64,000 nucleotides of DNA from assembly GCF_036321535.1 (NCBI RefSeq), contig NC_087437.1, positions 75,766,001 through 75,830,000 on the forward strand, read 5' to 3'. Position 1 is the first letter of the stretch. The number at the start of each line of letters is the position of its first letter. The translations under genes were made by a program, and so were the position numbers. Below, piece by piece: positions 37,260-50,470 of the stretch. Source of the stretch: Camelus dromedarius (taxonomy: Eukaryota). The notes beneath the pieces were generated by a model. That model was not told the DNA's origin. It did no database searches and worked only from the letters and a program-made list of their open reading frames with translations.

Positions 37260-37402
37260 TGTGAAGGAAAATCCGGGCTGGGCTAACAAGATAACTCACA
37301 ACTCTAGGAATGTGAAGGAGAGGCCGGGCTGGGCTAACAAGATAACTCACAGTTCTAGGAATGTGAAGGAGAGGCCGGGCTGGGCTAACAAGATAACTCA
37401 CA
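37260..37402 (+). repeat. 51-bp tandem repeat, about 2.8 copies
   Basis: tgtgaagga..ccgggctgggctaacaagataactcaca starts at 37260, 37311 and 37362. Confidence 0.95.
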
Positions 37403-37774
37403 AATCTAAGTATTGGAATACTGATCTGAGTTCTGCTGGACTAACTTGTAAATCTAGGTTAATTAGTGTTGGTTTGCTGTTTATGTTTTTTGTTAGCCAG
37501 CTGGATTTTCAAAGAGACATATCTGGCTTTGGAATGTTGGTTTGCTGCCTCCCTGCCTCCACTTTTGTGATAATGATGTTGCTAAAGCTGTTCCATGCCT
37601 ATTGGCCAAATACCCCAAGCTTGTACTTTACCCTATAAAACCTCACGGGCACCTCTTGGAGGTGCTCAGAGTTTCAGAGCAGAAGCCCCTCTGAGCCCAC
37701 TGGCGTAATACATCTGAGTACTCCAACCCTCCGAGTGGTGCTTGTTTCTTGGCTGGCCTGTCATTTCCGTAACA
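37260..37774 (+). mobile_element. Young ERV1-class solo LTR, TG..CA ends, perfect 4-bp TSD AAAC, inserted in a MIR
   Basis: AAAC at 37256-37259 and 37775-37778; TATAAAA 37634-37640; AATACA 37707-37712; internal 51-bp tandem repeat at the 5' end. Confidence 0.85.
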
Positions 37775-37778
37775 AAAC

Positions 37779-37960
37779 CTTGGTTTAAATCCCAGCTCCC
37801 CCATTCAGCGACAGTGTGACCTGTCCACCCGCACACCCCAGTTTTTTTGTCTGTAACCCAGAGATGATGACACCTACCTCCAGGCTTGTGGGTGCGAGGT
37901 TTAAAGCCCATCACAGAGGCCCCCACTTCCTGTAGGGCCCGGTGGATGGCTCTTGCTATT
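37779..37960 (+). mobile_element. MIR SINE (3' part, host of the LTR)
   Basis: ggtttaaatcccagctcccc..gtgtgacct..ccagtttttttgtctgtaa..cacctacctccaggcttgtg. Confidence 0.65.
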
Positions 37961-38104
37961 ATTGCTCAGGATCCCAGAGCTGTAAGGCAGGTCTGTCTGA
38001 CATGGGAGACATGATCCTTCTGGAGCCTGAGGCTGCCTGCTCATGCAGGGATCAGACACTCCATGTGGAGGTGCTCATTTCAGCTCCCCTGTAACAGCGG
38101 GTCT

Positions 38105-38621
38105 GTGTGAGATACTTCCTGCTGTGCTCAGCACCTACCTCTCCATGCACCCCATACCACAAGGGCTAGAAGCCTGCAAACTGTATTTCTCAGACTCCCC
38201 TGCCAGTGGCGTTCCAGTTCAGATTCTGCCCTTGGGAGGCTTTTGCATGACAACAAGAGGCAGATAGAGGGATTCTTTCTGTGGCTCTAGCCTGGGAGGC
38301 AGCAGTCAGTCTAATTCCTCCTGCAGAGGCAGCGCTGGCAGCAGTGAAAACCTTCAGGGGAGCAGCTGACTCCTGCTGGCTTGGGAAGTGGCTGAGCAGA
38401 CAGCAGAGCTGCGGTTCCTGTGGGCTCAGTGGCAAGTGGATTCATATGGGGTTGGGGTGCTGACTGCAGTGCTGGATCTCTGGGAAGCACCACTTTTTCC
38501 AATTCCATTTTTGCTCCTTCCTTTCCAACAACTTGGAAACTTCAGTCCCTATGTTAAATCCCTTTTTGCTTGGAATACCTCCAGTGACTTTCATTTTCCT
38601 GACTGAATCCCTAATCAGTAC
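38105..38621 (+). mobile_element. ERVL solo LTR (LTR16-like)
   Basis: aaactgtatttctcagactcccctgccag..ttaaatccctttttgcttggaatacctccagtg..ttttcctgactgaatccctaatcagtaca. Confidence 0.7.
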
Positions 38622-38883
38622 ATCAGTCCTCTGCAGAGGCACAAGGGCCAAGGTATAGAGATTTTAGGGACCCCAGGCGACCATCTTCACCAGGAAAAAC
38701 AATCTTACGTTTTCAATTAGAGATAAGCTTCAAAATGAAAAATGCCAGGGAAAGCTATAATAAGGGCTCAGATACCTATAGGAGATCATTGATTATATCA
38801 AAGTCTGTCTTTAGAGAAAGTTTTGTAAATGGGGAGGAGCGCAAAATGCAGTGGAGCAGAGAGAGGAAGCTGGTGCGAAAACT

Positions 38884-38903
38884 GGGGGGGGGGGGGGGGG
38901 GGG
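38884..38903 (+). repeat. Poly(G) run of 20
   Basis: Directly visible. Confidence 0.95.
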
Positions 38904-38985
38904 AGAGGAAAAAGTATCTCAGAGCGAGGAAAAAGTATCAGTGGGGAAAAATACAGGTTTGCCTAGGCAGCAACCTGTAACTTGA

Positions 38986-39850
38986 CTTTTTATTTTTTAA
39001 TTTTTAAAGTTGTGGTAAAATATACATAACACAGAATTTATCATTTTAATGATTTTTAAGTGTACAGCTTAGTGGCATTAAGTACATTCACACTGTTGTA
39101 CAACCATCACCGCTATCCATCTCCAGAACTCTTGCATTTTTCCAAACTGAAACTCCATCTCATTATACAATAACTCTCCGTTCCCCACTCCTGCAGCCCC
39201 CAGCTACCACCATTTGATTTTCTGTTTCTATGAATTTGACTACTCTGGGTACCTTATGGAAGTGGAATCACACAGTATTTGTTCTTTGGTGTCTGGCTTA
39301 TGCCACTCAGCTGAATGTCTTCAAGCTTCATTCATGTTGTGGCACATGTGTCAGAATACTATTCCTTTTTAAGGCTGACTAATAGTCCATTGTGTGTACA
39401 TCTGTACCACATTTTGTTTATTCATTTGTCAACGGACACTTGGGTTGCTTCTAACTTTTGGTTATTGCAAATAGCACTGCTATGAACACTGGTGCACAAA
39501 TGTCTGTTTAATCCCTGCTTTCAATTCTTTGGGATAGAAAAATTCTACCTAGAAGTAGGATTGTTGGATGACATAGTGATTCTAGGTTTATTTTTTTTTA
39601 AACCACCGTATTGTTTTCCATAGTGCCTGTATCATTTTGTATTCCTGCCAGCAATGCACAAAAGTTCCAGTTTCTCTACATGCTCACTAACATTTGTTAT
39701 TTGCTGGTTTTGTTTTGTTTTGTTTTGTTAATAATAGCCATCCTATTGGATGTGAAGTGGTATCTCATTTTGATTTGCATTTCCCTAGTGATTAGTGATG
39801 AACATCTGTTCATGTGCTTACTAGCCATTTGTATATCTTCTTTGGAAAAG
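38986..39850 (-). mobile_element. L1 (L1MB-like) 3' end
   Basis: ttgtggtaaaatatacataac..taagtgtacagcttagtggcattaagtacattcacactgttgtacaaccatcacc..gtgaagtggtatctcattttgatttgcatttccct..catttgtatatcttctttgga. Confidence 0.9.
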
Positions 39851-41498
39851 CTTGATTTTTTACTGAAATAAAAGGAGAATAAAGAGACTTAAGTCTGTAG
39901 GAAGAAAAAAAAGATCTGACCTCTCCAGCCCTCCTCATACGAGCTTCAGAGACCATGAAAAAAAATTTTAAGAATGTATCAGATTACATTCCTTTCAAAT
40001 ATTTGATGCAAATGAAGACAGAATGAGCCATTTCTGACTAGTCAAATAAACTTAATCAGAAAGCAGATTCAAAAAAAAAAAAAAGAACAGAAAGAAAAGC
40101 AGAGTCCAATATAAATTCAAACAAGTTTGTGAAATAAAATGCATTAAAGCAGATCAATTTCTACCGAAGGATGTATATTTAAAAAAATCCTCTTGTCATT
40201 CAAATTATGATTTATATGTGTCTGGACTTCAGGAGACGGGAAGCTGCATTTTAGGTCCATGGGGGAGAGGGGAGGGGCAAATGTGAACGGGAACAGCGAC
40301 TCTGTGAAAAGAATAAAAAGAACAGCCTCCTGGCTTCTCTCTTTCACATCACACTCGATGCCCACACAAGTGAGACCAGCGGCTGTGCAGGAAGGACGCT
40401 TCTCCGCGGGCAGTGAGGAGGAGGACTGTCTGCGCACGCTCGCTGAGGGCATTTGTCTGGAATGGGCGCGTGGGAGGGAGTCTGTCTTCAAACCTAGACA
40501 CAAGAGAGAGCTTGTTTGCTTTCATAATTCCTTTTCCCCTCCTTCCTCATGTTTTCACTCCAAAGTGTGTGCAAATTTTTCAAGCATCTGGGACCTGATT
40601 CACCATCATTCTCTCTATAACATTTTTTTTTAAGCTTGGTGCCATTCACAGAAGAATATCAACGAAGTTAATTAATGGCCAAGTTAATTGAAATCTATAT
40701 TGCATCAGATTTTTATCTCAATGTTTTTGGCCAAAAAGGAAAAAAAAAAAGCACCAACGCTAACAGCTTAAGGAGTGACTAATACATAGCAGATGCTCAG
40801 TGTGTATAAATGAATGAAACACTTGAAAACATGAGCCCCCATCATTTCTTCCGTGAATCATTATAATTGCTTCCTAATTGCTCTCTCTCCTTGTATTCTA
40901 CCTAGTTGCCTTTCACCAGATCATGTAACTAGGAGCCACCTTTAACTCCCCCTTTCTCACTCTCCACCAGTCATCCACAATCAGGGGCTGCAGTGTAGCC
41001 TTCGAAAGAAATCTGCCCCATTTCTGCTCCTCTCCAAGCTCCCTGCCGCAGTTCAGCTGGCGCCCAGCTCAACTATCACCGGGATATTGTAATAATCCTC
41101 TCACGGTCCTCCTTGCCAACAAACTCTCTACATTCTAATACAGCCAGTTAATTTCCAACACAATGATCTTCCTTTCCCAAATGATATCAGGGATACCATT
41201 TCTAGAAGCTTATGTAACAGAAACTGGAAGCCTATGTAACCAAAACAATAGATATGAATGTAGGAAGAATATATGTACAGTGATGTTCATTGCACCATAA
41301 CTTGTATTACCAAAACTGCCAGCAAACCAAATACCAATCTATACAGGAATGGTCAAAGAAATTGTCTATAAATGGAATACTATGTAACTATGACAAAGAA
41401 GTGAGTAGACCTACATGAACTGGCATGGAAAGATGTACAGACAGACAACAGCAGGACATACAGAAACAGAGCATTTTGTACAAAATGTATATATGAAT

Positions 41499-42040
41499 TG
41501 TATAGGAACCTTAACTTAGCAGGCCTGACTATAATCCTTTGAAACTCCTGTTTGCAAAGTTGGCTCTTGGTTGGCATTCAGGAAGGACCTTGGACTTCAG
41601 GAGAGTTCACACCATTTCCAACAGATAAGAGGGGCTCACCATGCCTAAACTCTTTGTTCAAATAAAGTGGTTTGTGCTAAACACTTGCTTTCCTTCTGGG
41701 AGTCTGAAATTTTGGTTTCTACCAGTTAGAGGCTGCCTGTGTGACCAGCCCCCAGTAAAAACCCTGGAGTTTCTGAAGAGCTCCCCTGGGGGACAGCACT
41801 TCACAACTCATTGCTGGGGGAATTAAGTACGCCCACATGACTACATCAGGAGGTGTCCCTGGGAAATCTGTGCCTGGTTTTTCCCAGACTTTGCCCCATG
41901 AACCTCTTCCCTTTGCTGACCTGGCTCTGTATCTTTTCTCAGTAATAAATCTTAGCTGTGTATATGTCTCTATGCTGAGTCTTGTGAATCTTCCTAGCAA
42001 ATCATAGGACTTGGGGGTGGTTTTGGGGTCCCCCAGTTCA
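41499..42040 (+). mobile_element. ERVL solo LTR (MER68-like), inserted in an old L1 remnant
   Basis: ttaacttagcaggcctgact..gcaaagttggctcttggttggc..gctgcctgtgtgaccagcccccagtaaaaaccctgg..gtaataaatcttagctgtg..ttgggggtggttttgggg. Confidence 0.8.
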
Positions 42041-43740
42041 TAAATATGTACCTTTACTTACATATCCGTAGGAAAAAGTCTGGAATCATGGAGAATTTTT
42101 AATTCTTAGCAGTGGATTGAAATTGACATTTGACTTCTGATTATAGAATATTGTTAAAGCTATGAGAATACAACTGAGTTATAATTTTGTGCATCTTCAG
42201 TGACTTGCTATGTCATAATGATCGCTTACCTATACACCCCCACATCATGATGAGTCCATTGGGGAGGGGTCCTGTCTCATTTTTTTGAATACCTACAGTG
42301 ATCAGCATAAACCTGGGACATGGGAGGTGACAGAAATGGTGATGCTAGTTGAATCTGAATGAAAAGCAAGCAGAAGAGCATAGAAATGATTTAGAAATAA
42401 TCTGAGAGCTAAGATGTACATACAACATTTCCTTTTCTTTTAAGTTTCGGATTTTCATTACTTCTGATTTCCCAGTTTCCTTCAAGCCTTTCCAGTCTTC
42501 ACCCCTATTTGGAATATATAGGGAAAAGCCAAAAATACAGAACAACAACAACAACAAAAAAGATGATAGATTTAAATGAGGTTAGAAAAATAACTACAGT
42601 TTAAACTTCCTCTTTCCTCGGCTCAGCTGGAGGCAAGCAGCCAGCCCTTTCATTTAACATAGTTTATCCTAAAGAGGACAGTATGTGGTCTTTCTCAAAG
42701 AGATCTCTGTTAGCAGCATGACTGCTATATCAAAGGATAGCATATGTGTGGTAGGAAGGGCGTAAAACAAACGTGGAAACCTTTTACCTTTTCTTCCTTT
42801 TTAATGCGCAGCTTTGTAAGATGGATTAAACACCTGAGTGACTGTAGGGTACCACTATGTGAGGATAGCTAAATCAAGTGTTTATTCATTGCCTTCGGCT
42901 ATACTAATATAGAACTGTTGGGTTTTTTACATTTCCCTTGGAACATAAAAGTAAACCATCATAGATTCAAATTCTGGCACCAAATTCTGAAAACTTGTCA
43001 GACTGTAGATTTTTGAGGGTTTGTAAGAAAGTAAAGAAACATAAACACTCAACTACTAAGTGAAAAATAGGTTGGGTCTAAGATACTTTGTTTTGAGTTT
43101 TAAACTCTGTCTTAACTTGGCGTCTATATTTCAAGCTGGCACTGGGTCAGTATTTTCTAAATTTCTTCTTGTTTCATCATAGATACACCATGTATGATAG
43201 AGACAGCCACACACTGAGCTGGCGCAGAAATGCATACTTTACATGTGTGTGTGATTTTTTTTTTTTAATCACCATGTTGCAGCCAACCTGCAAAATATTC
43301 CCACTTGAAAATGAATATATCCAAGCGGTCAGGCTAGCCCTACCCAGTTTCCGAGAATAATTTAGAAGCATCCAAAACCATCATTTAAAAACCATTAGAT
43401 TCCTCTCTGAGCTACTGCTACCATGGGCCTCCAGCCATAGCCTTGAACAGGTTTTTATCCTGGTGAGAGATCAGAACCCGTTTTACATGCTGAAGTTTTG
43501 TGAAAAGGTGAATCCATCTACTACGGTTACAGAGAGTCAGAGTTCACTTGACGTTTTCATTACCATCAGCCATTTTTCAAAGTAAATTCACACTTCACTT
43601 GGTTCTCAGTGGACATAAAAGGTTGTCAGAACTTGCTCAGGATTCGTCTGGATATTCCCTTGAGATACACTTATTAGTGAGTAGACAGATTTCTTCCACA
43701 TGCCATAATAAATAGCCCACGTGTGGCCAAATGCAAAATT

Positions 43741-43744
<4 letters not shown>

Positions 43745-43778
<34 letters not shown>
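43745..43778. repeat. (GT)n microsatellite
   Basis: 17 perfect GT units. Confidence 0.95.
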
Positions 43779-43780
<2 letters not shown>

Positions 43781-43984
43781 CTGTGTCGTCTCAATGAACA
43801 GGTAGCTTCCTTTTTAAAAAAAGAGTTGGGGGGATGGACTCACCTGTGCAGATTTGGACCTATTTCCCACATCTTTTACATATAGGTTTTACTGATTAAT
43901 GAGAAGCAAAGGCTTTAAGTCAAAACCTGGATTTAGAATTCAGTGCCATGCAAAGCAATTGACCAATTAACCATTTGAGTAAAG

Positions 43985-45030
43985 TGCAATAGGCAGTGAG
44001 CCATGCATGGATTTGGGGACAGATGTTCTAGGCCAAAGAAGTAACAAACACAAAGGCCTTGTGGCTGGAGTGCAATGAGTCACAGGAGGGGAGCAGACAA
44101 GTGGATCAGAGAAATCGCAGGTCACCAGATCTTGCAGGGCCTTGTAGCCATAGTAAAGACTGGCTTTACTCCAGGTAAGGTTGTGTAAATGCAGAACCAG
44201 CCTCCTACTAGCCTTATCCTGTTTCTAATAAGATACTGAGTTGTTTTTTCAGAGATGATAGATAAAAATCATGCAGCCAAAGCATCCGCAGACGAGAACA
44301 TTTTGACTCAACTCTCAGAACCAAAGTTTCTGCCGCACGGAACTGAAGGCCTGGGACATGACCAGAAACTGAACACAGGAGCCCTGTCAGAAAAGAAGGA
44401 TCTGCTCTCCAGGAAGATCTGTGCTGAAGTCCTTTACCATTCTTACCGTTAATGGCCAAGTTCCAGAGCCCTCCAATTGGAACCTGCCCCACCAGCACTT
44501 CCACATACCAACCCTCCTCCCCTAACTCATAAAATTTGACCAAACCCCAGATCAGGGAGACAGGTTTGAACCAGGCCTCCTGTCTCCTTGCTGATCAGCC
44601 TCACAATAAAACTTTTTCTTTTCTCAAAAGCCAGTGCTATTTTATTGGCTTCCACGCGTGTTGGGCAGTGAGCCCTTTGCTCAGAAACAGGAGGAAGCAT
44701 TGGAGGGAAAGTTCCGAGTAGAGGAGTGACATGATCTGATTTAACTTTGGCAGCATTACTTTGCTGTGCTGATTAGATCACAGAGCAGCAAAGGTGGAAG
44801 AAGGGAGATGTCAGGAGCTTTGAAAGAGATGATGGTGTCTTGGAGCAGGGTGGAGGTGCTAGAGGTGGCAAGAAATGGTCAGACCCTAGATGTATTTTGA
44901 AGGTAGAGCCCTGAGGATGTGCTGGAATGAGGAGGGGGACAGAAGCGGGAGGAGGCAAAAGCAATGCCAAGGTTTCAGTCATGAGCAGCTTGAAGAAGGA
45001 AACTGGCATTAATGTCTCCTTCATTTAATT
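43985..45030 (-). mobile_element. L2 split by an LTR
   Basis: cagatcttgcagggccttgtagccatagtaaagactggctttactc joins gaagcattggaggg..agaggagtgacatgatctgattta..gatgtattttgaaggtagagcc. Confidence 0.75.
44182..44689 (+). mobile_element. ERV1 solo LTR (MER39-like)
   Basis: gggagacaggtttgaaccaggcctcctgtctccttgc..caataaaactttttcttttctcaaaagccagtgc..tattggcttc..gggcagtgagccc..aaca. Confidence 0.75.
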
Positions 45031-46514
45031 GCTTTCAGTAAACTTTTCAGCCATCCATTTTCTGAGAGTTATGATGATACAGCCTCAGTGAACAGATGGG
45101 CTGACAGCCTTTCTCAGCCACAGGTAACTCCTAGGGTGTGTCTGGAGACTGGGCTGGGCACGCCCAAACTGTAGTCAGTCCAAGCCTGGTCATGTGGCAC
45201 ACAGAGGCCCCAGGGAGGGGGAGGGGCCCAGGAGTATGTTTGAGGAACTGAGGGCTCCCCAGAAGAGAAATTTCCCCGGGGGAAAAAGAAAGTAAGAGTC
45301 ATCAGACCAATGACAAACAGCCATTGGTAATAGAAGGGGAGGGGATCTTACAGAATGAGAGTGTGCCTCTGACCACCAGGTTCTTCCCCAGCCCAAACTT
45401 CCACTGGCTTCTGTCTGGGTCCCAGAGAGAGAGAGAAGGATGAGATTAACACCTAAGAGACAGCAGCTTTCACTGAGGTCTCTACAGGGCCCCCGGGCTG
45501 AGCAGACCCAGATGGGGCCCTCGCGTCAGAGTGTGACCCCTGCCTTCCAGCTCTTCCCCACCACCCCTGGGGCCACCCAAAAGAAGAAGAAGTCAGACTG
45601 GGCTCATTTGTAAGTGAATGCAGGGCACTCCCCTCCTAGAACAACCCCCCCCCCAATAAAAAACCATTGTGGGAACCAGTGTGGCCAAAGTGACCACAGT
45701 TGGAGTTAGGAATTACACCCCTGAAGCACAGGCTGTGCGAGTCTTCACTGACGTGACGATTTCTTAGGCACGAAAAGGCCAGCATGCCCCGCAAAGCCTG
45801 CCGGAGAGCCTGCCCTTCCTCGCAGACCTTGAAGGAGGCTGGGCAGTCCCCGCAACAGCGGGGCTAGCCAGGGCTGCCATTCCCAGGGGCGAAATTTGGG
45901 GACCACAGGAAAAGTGGAGATCCACACCAAAAGCAAGAGCCTTCAAAAGGCTAAAACGCTGAGATCAGAAGGTTCTTATCTTTTTTTGTTTAAATTTGGA
46001 ATTAAACATATTTTTACCCCTTGAGTGAGTTGCAAAGTGAAAGCAGCTATGCTGTGGGAGGGAGATGAGGGCTTAGCGGGCTCAGAAGCGCATAAAGCCT
46101 TGGGCTCAGGGCACACTTACCTCTCTGCGCTGGCCCTAGCTGCCAGGACACCCAGCCCCTAGGATTCATGACCTTGGCTTGTGCATAAATGTAGGTGGGT
46201 GTTAGTAGGCTGAGTTCCTGCTCCCTCTAACCGTCAAAATGCTTGCACCCACTTCCAGGGTTTATAATGCTTCTGGTGAAATATGCTGTTTTTCCTTCTA
46301 CCGGTAAGTTTAAAAAAAGGCTTAAACTGCTCCCAGAACTTATCACCTGGAAATGTCAATAAGGAATGGCTCCCACTGGGTGTTGGGTCAGAGAACATTC
46401 AGTGAAAAGGGGTGGTGTTCACACTCAGAAGCACATCAGGATCAGTCATTTCAAATCCCAACCTCACTCCCCAGTTCTCACAGATCTTGGGGATCAAAGT
46501 ATTGAGTCCAGCAT

Positions 46515-46695
46515 CATGGCTGTCAACCTTAACTGTACATTAAACTCACCTGGGGAAACTTTTAAAGATCCCAGTGCCTTGGGCATCGTGCCAGACCAAA
46601 CAAATCAGAATCTGTAGAGGTGTGACCCAGAATCAGTATATTTTTAAGGCTCTCCAGGTGATTTCCACGCACAGCCACTGTTCCGAGCCATTAGT
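46515..46695. mobile_element. MER5A/B hAT-Charlie MITE
   Basis: caaccttaactgtacattaaactcacctgggga..aaatcagaatct..tatttttaaggctctccaggtgattt. Confidence 0.75.
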
Positions 46696-49600
46696 TGTCA
46701 GGCTCCACTTCCAGGCAACTAAAACCATCTCCATGAGACCATGTTTTTTTAAAAAAAACTTCTGAGTGCTTGTCATATGTAGTTAGGGCTGACAACCATA
46801 GGCTCTCTCATTAGTAATGAGATGATCATGCTTAACTCATTAGGCTGTTGCCTGGATTAAGCAAGATAAAATATGTAATGCAAGCATTTAATAAACAGTA
46901 GGTATTTTTTAAAATTACTATGATTGTTGCTATTATTATTAGATACCACGAGGAGACAAAAGGATGCAAGAAGAGAGACCGGAGTTCATAAATACAAACC
47001 TAGAGGCATTCTAGGGAGGCCAAATCTAACTCCACTGACTTTTGTGTTGGGCTTAGTGAGGCCAGGTGGGACACCAGAACCCTGACTTGGCAGCTTGTCT
47101 AGAAACCTCTCAAACTCCAGGGCCATCCCCTGATCTTTGATGACAGCCTCCATCTCCATTCTGCATCCTGTGTGGCCTGGTTCCAAAAGAGGAGGACAGG
47201 GGACGAAGCGACACACCAGGTCTGGTCCAGAACAGGAAAGGAAAATTTGAAGAGAGGCGCCAGCCAGACTCATCACTCTGGCTTTGCAAAGATACAATCC
47301 ACCAGCCTCCAGGTACGGTGTGGGATTGTATTAGACGAGACAGTTCATTTGTAAAGGCTGAGGTGGCTGTGACAGCAGGCTCTGTCTAGTGCTGAAAGTG
47401 ACCCCAGAAGGGGATGTGTAAAAGGACAAGAGAACAGACGTCTCCTGGGAGCTGCTGGTCTGCAGCGACCTCTGTCTAGCACCCGGAAAGGACTGAGGCA
47501 CAGTTCCGGATTTCACCTTCCTGTCCCTCTCATCAGTGCGCCATTTTTCCAAAAGTCTCCTCCTTGAAATCGGACCAAACTACCACCTACCAGCTATTGT
47601 TTGCTTGGAACACATACACCACCTCTCTGAACCTTCATCCAAAAAGTGGGCCCAAAATACATAGTTTGAAGTCAGCTTTATGAATGAGGGACTCCAATGA
47701 TTGAGGCAAATTCAATGAAAGGAGGCAAGGCGGCACCCGGCACACAGTAGGAACTCTCAAAACACTGACCTCCTCTGGGGCTGGATTTCTTCAGCAGACC
47801 AGCCTCGTTGGAGCATCAGAAGTGTAGCTGGCTCCCTTAGAAGAAACTCTTAAGGAAGGATTGGATTTGTCCTGCTCTGTCTGGTGGCCCCGTATAAATA
47901 CAGCCTCTCTAGAGTAAAGACACCAGCTTGGTCTCAAGGCCTTCATTCCTTGACTGCATGGGCTCAAATTACAGCAAGTGGGGGATGGGGGACAAAATCT
48001 ACAGCTCCCTGAAAGCCATCCCATCCCAGAGACCCCCGCCCTACGCTCCTGGGAGGGTCCCCGTCACTGAACACTCCTAGGAGATCACTAAGAATTAATT
48101 CAGTAGAGAAGATAGTAGCAGCCCATTGAGAGAAGTCCATTACGGCAAAACAGCTCTGTTCTTCAGGTGTGATAAGGAGTGCATTTAAAGTATTCAATAC
48201 CATAATAAAGGCTGTAATTAAGGGAGGCAACTTGGCATCTTAATAACTACATGCTTGAAAAGATTTAAACTTCAAGCTGAGACACAGAATCACATTCATA
48301 ACCCCTAGAATGGGTTTCCTTTCTAGAAGCAAGAAAATAATGGCTGACTCTTCTCCTGAGAAGCTGACAGGGCAGATCTGTCCCCAGATCTTTACAGAGT
48401 TTAAAGTAAGTAGTGACTTTGAGCTCCTGCCATGGCATCTTTTGCTCTTGCTCCGTGTTTTCCTGCCAGCTTATTACTATCCTCCTAGTGGGAAAGAGGC
48501 AGAAGAGAGGCCTGGGGGAACACCGGGCAGGGACCTGGTGGCCCAGCAATATGCAAATCACTTAGCAATATACAAATGACTTCTCAGAAGTACAGTAAGC
48601 CTTCCCAGACCAAATTATCTCTGTTTCTGCTGCTTGTTATTAAAAGAGAGGCACTTTCTGCCATGACTTGTCCTTTGGCCATCCCCCCTCCTTTCCAGAG
48701 TTTGCAAACACGTTCACGCACACGCGCACACACAGACATATATATACACACACGTGTGCATTTAAAATCCAATTTTTCCCTTTCCCTGTAGGTTCTGAGT
48801 AAAAATATTTTAAATGCAAATTTCAGATACATATTATAATTACAAGTTCTGTTCAACAGCTTGCAGAGCAGATGCATTTTGTTCATTTTCATCCCATCCA
48901 GGAGACATGTATCAAGTATCAATTGCTGGACATTCAAAAATGGCTTCTGACATCATCAAATATCCCCCAAGGTTTAGTTAGGATTGCAAGTCTAGGAAGA
49001 GACTCAGCAAAAGAAGGAAGGAAAATGCTTTTACTCTCACACTTCTTTGCTTAAGTGTACGCTGCCTTTGATCATAATCTACAGTGTTTAAGGAAAAATC
49101 ACATATTAATCAGAGTTTTATCCTGAAAGACATTTAAGCCCTATGGACAAACAATGAGCTTGTCAAAGTGCAGCCGAGCTGACTCTCTGTCATCTGTCCC
49201 CGTTCAGTCCCAGTGTGCACCCCAACAGTCGCTGTTACTCCAAATTCTGAATATTGTATTTAGCAACCTCCAGTAGAGAGCACAGATTTCAAGAGTAAAA
49301 CAAAATGCTTGTAGAGAACATCAGGGAAGTTTTTAAGCTAAAAACTGTTATTGAAGTTTAATTTGATGTTAGGTGAAAATGTCTTGCTTTATGTGCTGGC
49401 GAGAGGACGTTTATATCCGTAGGGGGCACAGTTCTCTGTCCATTGGGTAAACAGTGCTGTCCCAAGATGCAGAGGGAAGAGGAGCCTTCTCAGGCCTTCT
49501 CTTGGCTTCTCCCCTTCCTCTGAGTTGAGCCTGGGAGAAGAAAGTTCAAGCAGGCCTGCGGACTTCCCATACAATGGCAGGTGTAAGAAGAGCAAGTCCT

Positions 49601-50311
49601 ACGTTTTGCATAAAGCTCAGATCCTGCGCTTTTATGTAACATGTAGTGACTGAGCAGTGTATTTAGGACATTTAGCTCTTTAGAGTTACAAGAAAACAAA
49701 AAGGATGCAAACCATTAAAAATTACTCGTTTGGGTCATGGCTTGGTCTAACCGCACCCCTCAAGGTTGGCCCTTTCCTCCTGGTGGACAAAACCCCATGC
49801 CAAGCAGGGCTCACTGCTGGTGAAGGGAACTTGGGTGGGGGTCAGAGCCCGCTTGTACCCTGGGCCTGGTGCCCTGGCAGTGGCTCTGACTTGCTGAGTT
49901 GCACTGGGATTGGATTGAGAGAACCCAGGGCTAAGGGGCTGAGTGAGGGTGAGCACTGTGAATGGAGTTAGAGTCAGTCTGGCAGGTCTGGGCCAGGGCA
50001 AAGAGGTGAGAGGGCAGCCTTCTAAATCCTCGACCCACTCAGAATTTCTGTAGGTCGAGCCCAGGCAAGCGTAGAGCTGCACAACTGATGTATTGCTCTA
50101 TCCATCTCAGAGCGTGAAGTCCCAGCTAGGATGGTTTTAGGGACTGAGTACTGCAAATCCTGCAGCCCTGGGCAACGATCACGATCACGGCTGCCTGAAG
50201 GCTTCTTCTGCCTTCGAGGTAAAAGCAGCTGGGGACGCTTGCCCAGTCCCACCCCCGCCAGGCTTTCTCACTGCCGTTGTCTAGCAGATAAGAATCCAAG
50301 CCCCTGGCGCC

Positions 50312-50470
50312 CTCATTTATTTGTTCAACAAATACTTACTAAGTGCTTAGAATGTACTAGGCCCTGTGTTAGGTGCTGGGGAGGTAGTGTTGAGTGAGAA
50401 AGAATTTGGCCCTGTCCCCTTGGAGTTTAATGTCTAGCAAGGGAGACGGGCACCAAATAAATAAAATAAG
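50312..50470 (-). mobile_element. L2 3' end
   Basis: tcatttatttgttcaacaaatacttactaagtgc..aggccctgtgttaggtgctgggga. Confidence 0.75.

Noticed and set aside
37260..37402. CRISPR-like array or repeat protein (KERPGWANKITHSSRNV)n
   Set aside because: Contiguous 51-bp units with no unique spacers, inside a mammalian LTR. The peptide repeat only reflects 51 being a multiple of 3, and the ORF starts at GTG.
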